Translations under genes and position numbers: made by a program
Virus record (IMG/VR): IMGVR_UViG_3300022862_000026
Span: 1 to 26,252 of that record
Direction: 5' to 3' (one strand)
Length of the DNA: 26,252 bases
DNA from: a virus
Lineage: Duplodnaviria; Caudoviricetes
Part shown: positions 24,713 to 26,252 of the stretch, in pieces
Layout of the letters: each line of letters opens with the position of its first letter
How positions within the stretch are numbered: position 1 is the stretch's first letter
The notes under the pieces: model-generated
Seen by the model: the letters and a program-made list of their open reading frames with translations, nothing else
Databases searched by the model: none
What the model was told of the DNA's origin: nothing

Positions 24713-25039
24713 TTAGAATGGCGCCTCCTCCTCTACCCTCTCCTCCTCCCAGTCACGCTCCACGACCAGGTCGTCTCGATCTTCCGCGCTCTGCGGCTCC
24801 CACCGGACCGTCACGCTCTCGTCGTCATTGAACGTCAGGTCCACCTCCGGCGTCTCGGCCAACAGCCCCATCACCTCCTCCCACTCCATGCCTCCATCCG
24901 TGTCTAGGCGATGGATTGTCACCCAGCGCTGCGACTGCGCGATCGAGTGATTGATCATCGATGAAACACGAAGGCTTAGGCGCTCTAGCCCGGTGACCTC
25001 TTGGCGCCCCTGAGGTGCTGCTTTCTTTTGCTTGGCCAT
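24713..25039 (-). CDS. DUF1654-like protein
   Basis: LERLSLRVSSMIN...AQSQRWVTIHRLDTD...VTVRWE; AAGGAG RBS. Confidence 0.82.
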   Translation of the reverse strand: MAKQKKAAPQGRQEVTGLERLSLRVSSMINHSIAQSQRWVTIHRLDTDGGMEWEEVMGLLAETPEVDLTFNDDESVTVRWEPQSAEDRDDLVVERDWEEERVEEEAPF

Positions 25040-25055
25040 GTCCCTCTCCTTTAAG

Positions 25056-25071
25056 CTGTATATCCATCCAG
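25056..25071 (-). promoter_or_regulatory. LexA (SOS) box upstream of the DUF1654-like gene
   Basis: CTGTATATCCATCCAG fits CTG-N10-CAG with a consensus CTGTATAT half; lies between a candidate TTACCT-N17-TATGCT promoter and the RBS. Confidence 0.8.
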
Positions 25072-25154
25072 CATCAGAAAAGCATAACCAAGCCCTCAGG
25101 AAAAGGTAACCCCTACAAGCGAAACGGATTCAAGAATGAGCAGGCAAATAATTT

Positions 25155-25196
25155 ATGCACCAGTGCATTGACAGTGCAATTGCACTGGTGCATATT
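25155..25196 (+). promoter_or_regulatory. PL promoter with OL operators
   Basis: TTGACA(25168-73)-N17-CATATT(25191-96); operators ATGCACCAGTGCAT (25155-68) and TTGCACTGGTGCAT (25180-93) match the OR palindrome. Confidence 0.9.
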
Positions 25197-25246
25197 TCAC
25201 CCATCGCAGCCTACTACCAAGTACTGCCTAGGCCCTCACCGGCCAC

Positions 25247-25260
25247 CGCTCTTTACACAA
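25247..25260 (+). promoter_or_regulatory. boxA antitermination element
   Basis: CGCTCTTTACACAA about 50 nt after the PL -10; matches the lambdoid/rrn boxA consensus CGCTCTTTA. Confidence 0.75.
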
Positions 25261-25261
25261 C

Positions 25262-25785
25262 CAGACGTGACCACCTCGACGCACCCAGGCCATTACCTGG
25301 GTCGGGACAAGCTAAGTCGTCGACCACGCAGCCTCTGGATAGCTGCCGGACTCCTCTCAACGGGAGGACGCCAAACCATGCGAGCCACCTGATGCGTAGC
25401 CAGTAGCTGCAGCAGGCAGAGGTGGGGAAACCCGGCGACGAGCATGGAGCGGATCAAAAACCATAGGAGAAACCTGCCAATGAAGCATTAAGCCCAGCCG
25501 ACAAAGCGGGTCGGCAATCCAAGCATACGTGCCCTACTCAGCCGGCCAAAGGGCTGCACTCAAGCGCGGAGCAATATGATCCCGAGCGACCATCGCCCTA
25601 TTCAGATTGAAGGCGATGCGAGGGAAGCCCAAGGCCAACGCAATGAGCGCAGAGCGGCCATCTGAGGCGGTGACGCCAGACGATTCCCCGGTGCGCCTCA
25701 AGCGGGGCGCATCAGGGGGAATCTACTGGAGCAATTCAAGCAGTCCCCCAAAAAAAATGAATCCGACAGTTGCCTTGTCGGTCAG
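25262..25785 (+). ncRNA. Putative structured leader RNA of the PL operon
   Basis: Dense series of GC stems, some nested; no convincing long ORF. Confidence 0.45.
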
Positions 25786-25822
25786 GAATTATGAACGTAG
25801 TAAATCTGACGAGGTGACAGCA

Positions 25823-25957
25823 ATGACTATCCAAGCAGAGACACTCGCTCAACTTGCCGAAGCCCTACAGGACCGCGGCATGACCCTTGTAACAGACGTT
25901 GTATTTACCAGAGCTCCGTATAGACACAACCATCGCTGGATTTGCATCGTCGAATAA
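25823..25957 (+). CDS. Small hypothetical protein (44 aa, MTIQAETL...)
   Basis: GAGGT RBS; natural protein composition; followed by a hairpin at about 25968-26000. Confidence 0.7.
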   Translation: MTIQAETLAQLAEALQDRGMTLVTDVVFTRAPYRHNHRWICIVE

Positions 25958-26110
25958 CAGCCCTCGTTGCCGGCGGCCCGGAGTAAGCCTCTGTCGCCGG
26001 CCCCTTATTTCTAAGTCTGCTCCTCCTCCCTTCACGCCCCGATGCGGGCTTTAAGGCGCACCGCCGTGCACATTACGGTGCGTAGCGCTCACCGCCACGC
26101 ACATTAAGTC

Positions 26111-26186
26111 GGCTGAATTGGTCGTGACGTTCGCCCTCCCCTGGTCCGGGAGGTACGCGGCAGCGAGCGTCACGACCAATGCAGCC
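26111..26186 (+). other. Long stem-loop (about 24 bp), RNase III-site-like
   Basis: GGCTGAATTGGTCGTGACGTTCGC pairs with GCGAGCGTCACGACCAATGCAGCC; inner CCTCCC/GGGAGG stem. Confidence 0.7.
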
Positions 26187-26204
26187 CAACGGAAGTGAAC
26201 TCAA

Positions 26205-26252
26205 ATGGCGAAGTCGTTCAAGCAAATGATCAAGGATGGCGAGGTGCGGCGC
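26205..26252 (+). CDS. 5' end of an early-left gene (MAKSFKQMIKDGEVRR...), possibly ParB-like
   Basis: ATG with GGAAG upstream; only 16 codons visible; family recalled from similar phage N-termini. Confidence 0.5.
   Translation, partial: MAKSFKQMIKDGEVRR

Larger units (their letters stand above)
1..26252. mobile_element. Lambdoid HK97-like siphovirus prophage/temperate phage (internal segment; no att site or host gene visible)
   Basis: Continuous canonical order: immunity, replication, nin, Q, holin, packaging, head, tail. Confidence 0.97.

Noticed and set aside
20751-25409. Shared AGCCAGTAG(A/C)TG in the right (20751-62, minus) and left (25398-409) early leaders as a nut/put core
   Set aside because: A match of this length between regions of this size is expected by chance, and the structural contexts differ.
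25300-25790. RsmA/CsrA sponge RNA suggested by frequent GGA
   Set aside because: Few GGAs fit ANGGA in hairpin loops.
25015-25822. ORFs 25015..25392, 25155..25406 and the 5' extension of 25607..25957
   Set aside because: They overlap PL/OL or structured RNA, lack an RBS and have non-protein-like composition; only 25823..25957 is retained.
25385-25830. Hammerhead-like cores (CTGATG...GAAAC near 25389; CTGACGA near 25806)
   Set aside because: The first lacks CUGANGA; the second has no GAAA after a stem II.

Overview
The whole window is the central part of a lambdoid, HK97-type siphovirus (pro)phage genome. A Pseudomonas host is inferred from the high GC, the DUF1654-like gene and the gene families present. 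The minus strand, read right to left, carries cro, a replication initiator with an internal iteron origin, DnaB, a nin-like region with an unexpected intact tyrosine recombinase, a putative Q antiterminator with pR'/tR', a cargo beta-helix gene, holin, HNH, TerS/TerL, portal, ClpP-type protease, major capsid, head-tail genes, major tail, tail chaperone G/GT (-1 frameshift), a lipoprotein moron and the 5' part of the tape measure gene. The plus strand carries the CI repressor, a low-GC GHKL-ATPase/PD-(D/E)XK nuclease fusion in the lambda rexAB position, and PL followed by a long, hairpin-rich leader with boxA but no recognisable N gene. The most notable items are: (1) a tailspike-like depolymerase that seems to lack a virion anchor and sits between Q and holin, where Stx phages carry their toxin; (2) the stand-alone ATPase-nuclease, a candidate defence gene; (3) the structured PL leader RNA; (4) the recombinase embedded in the early operon; (5) LexA-type boxes flanking an immunity region with no visible cII. 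All family assignments come from visual motif recognition and gene order; no database searches were run.
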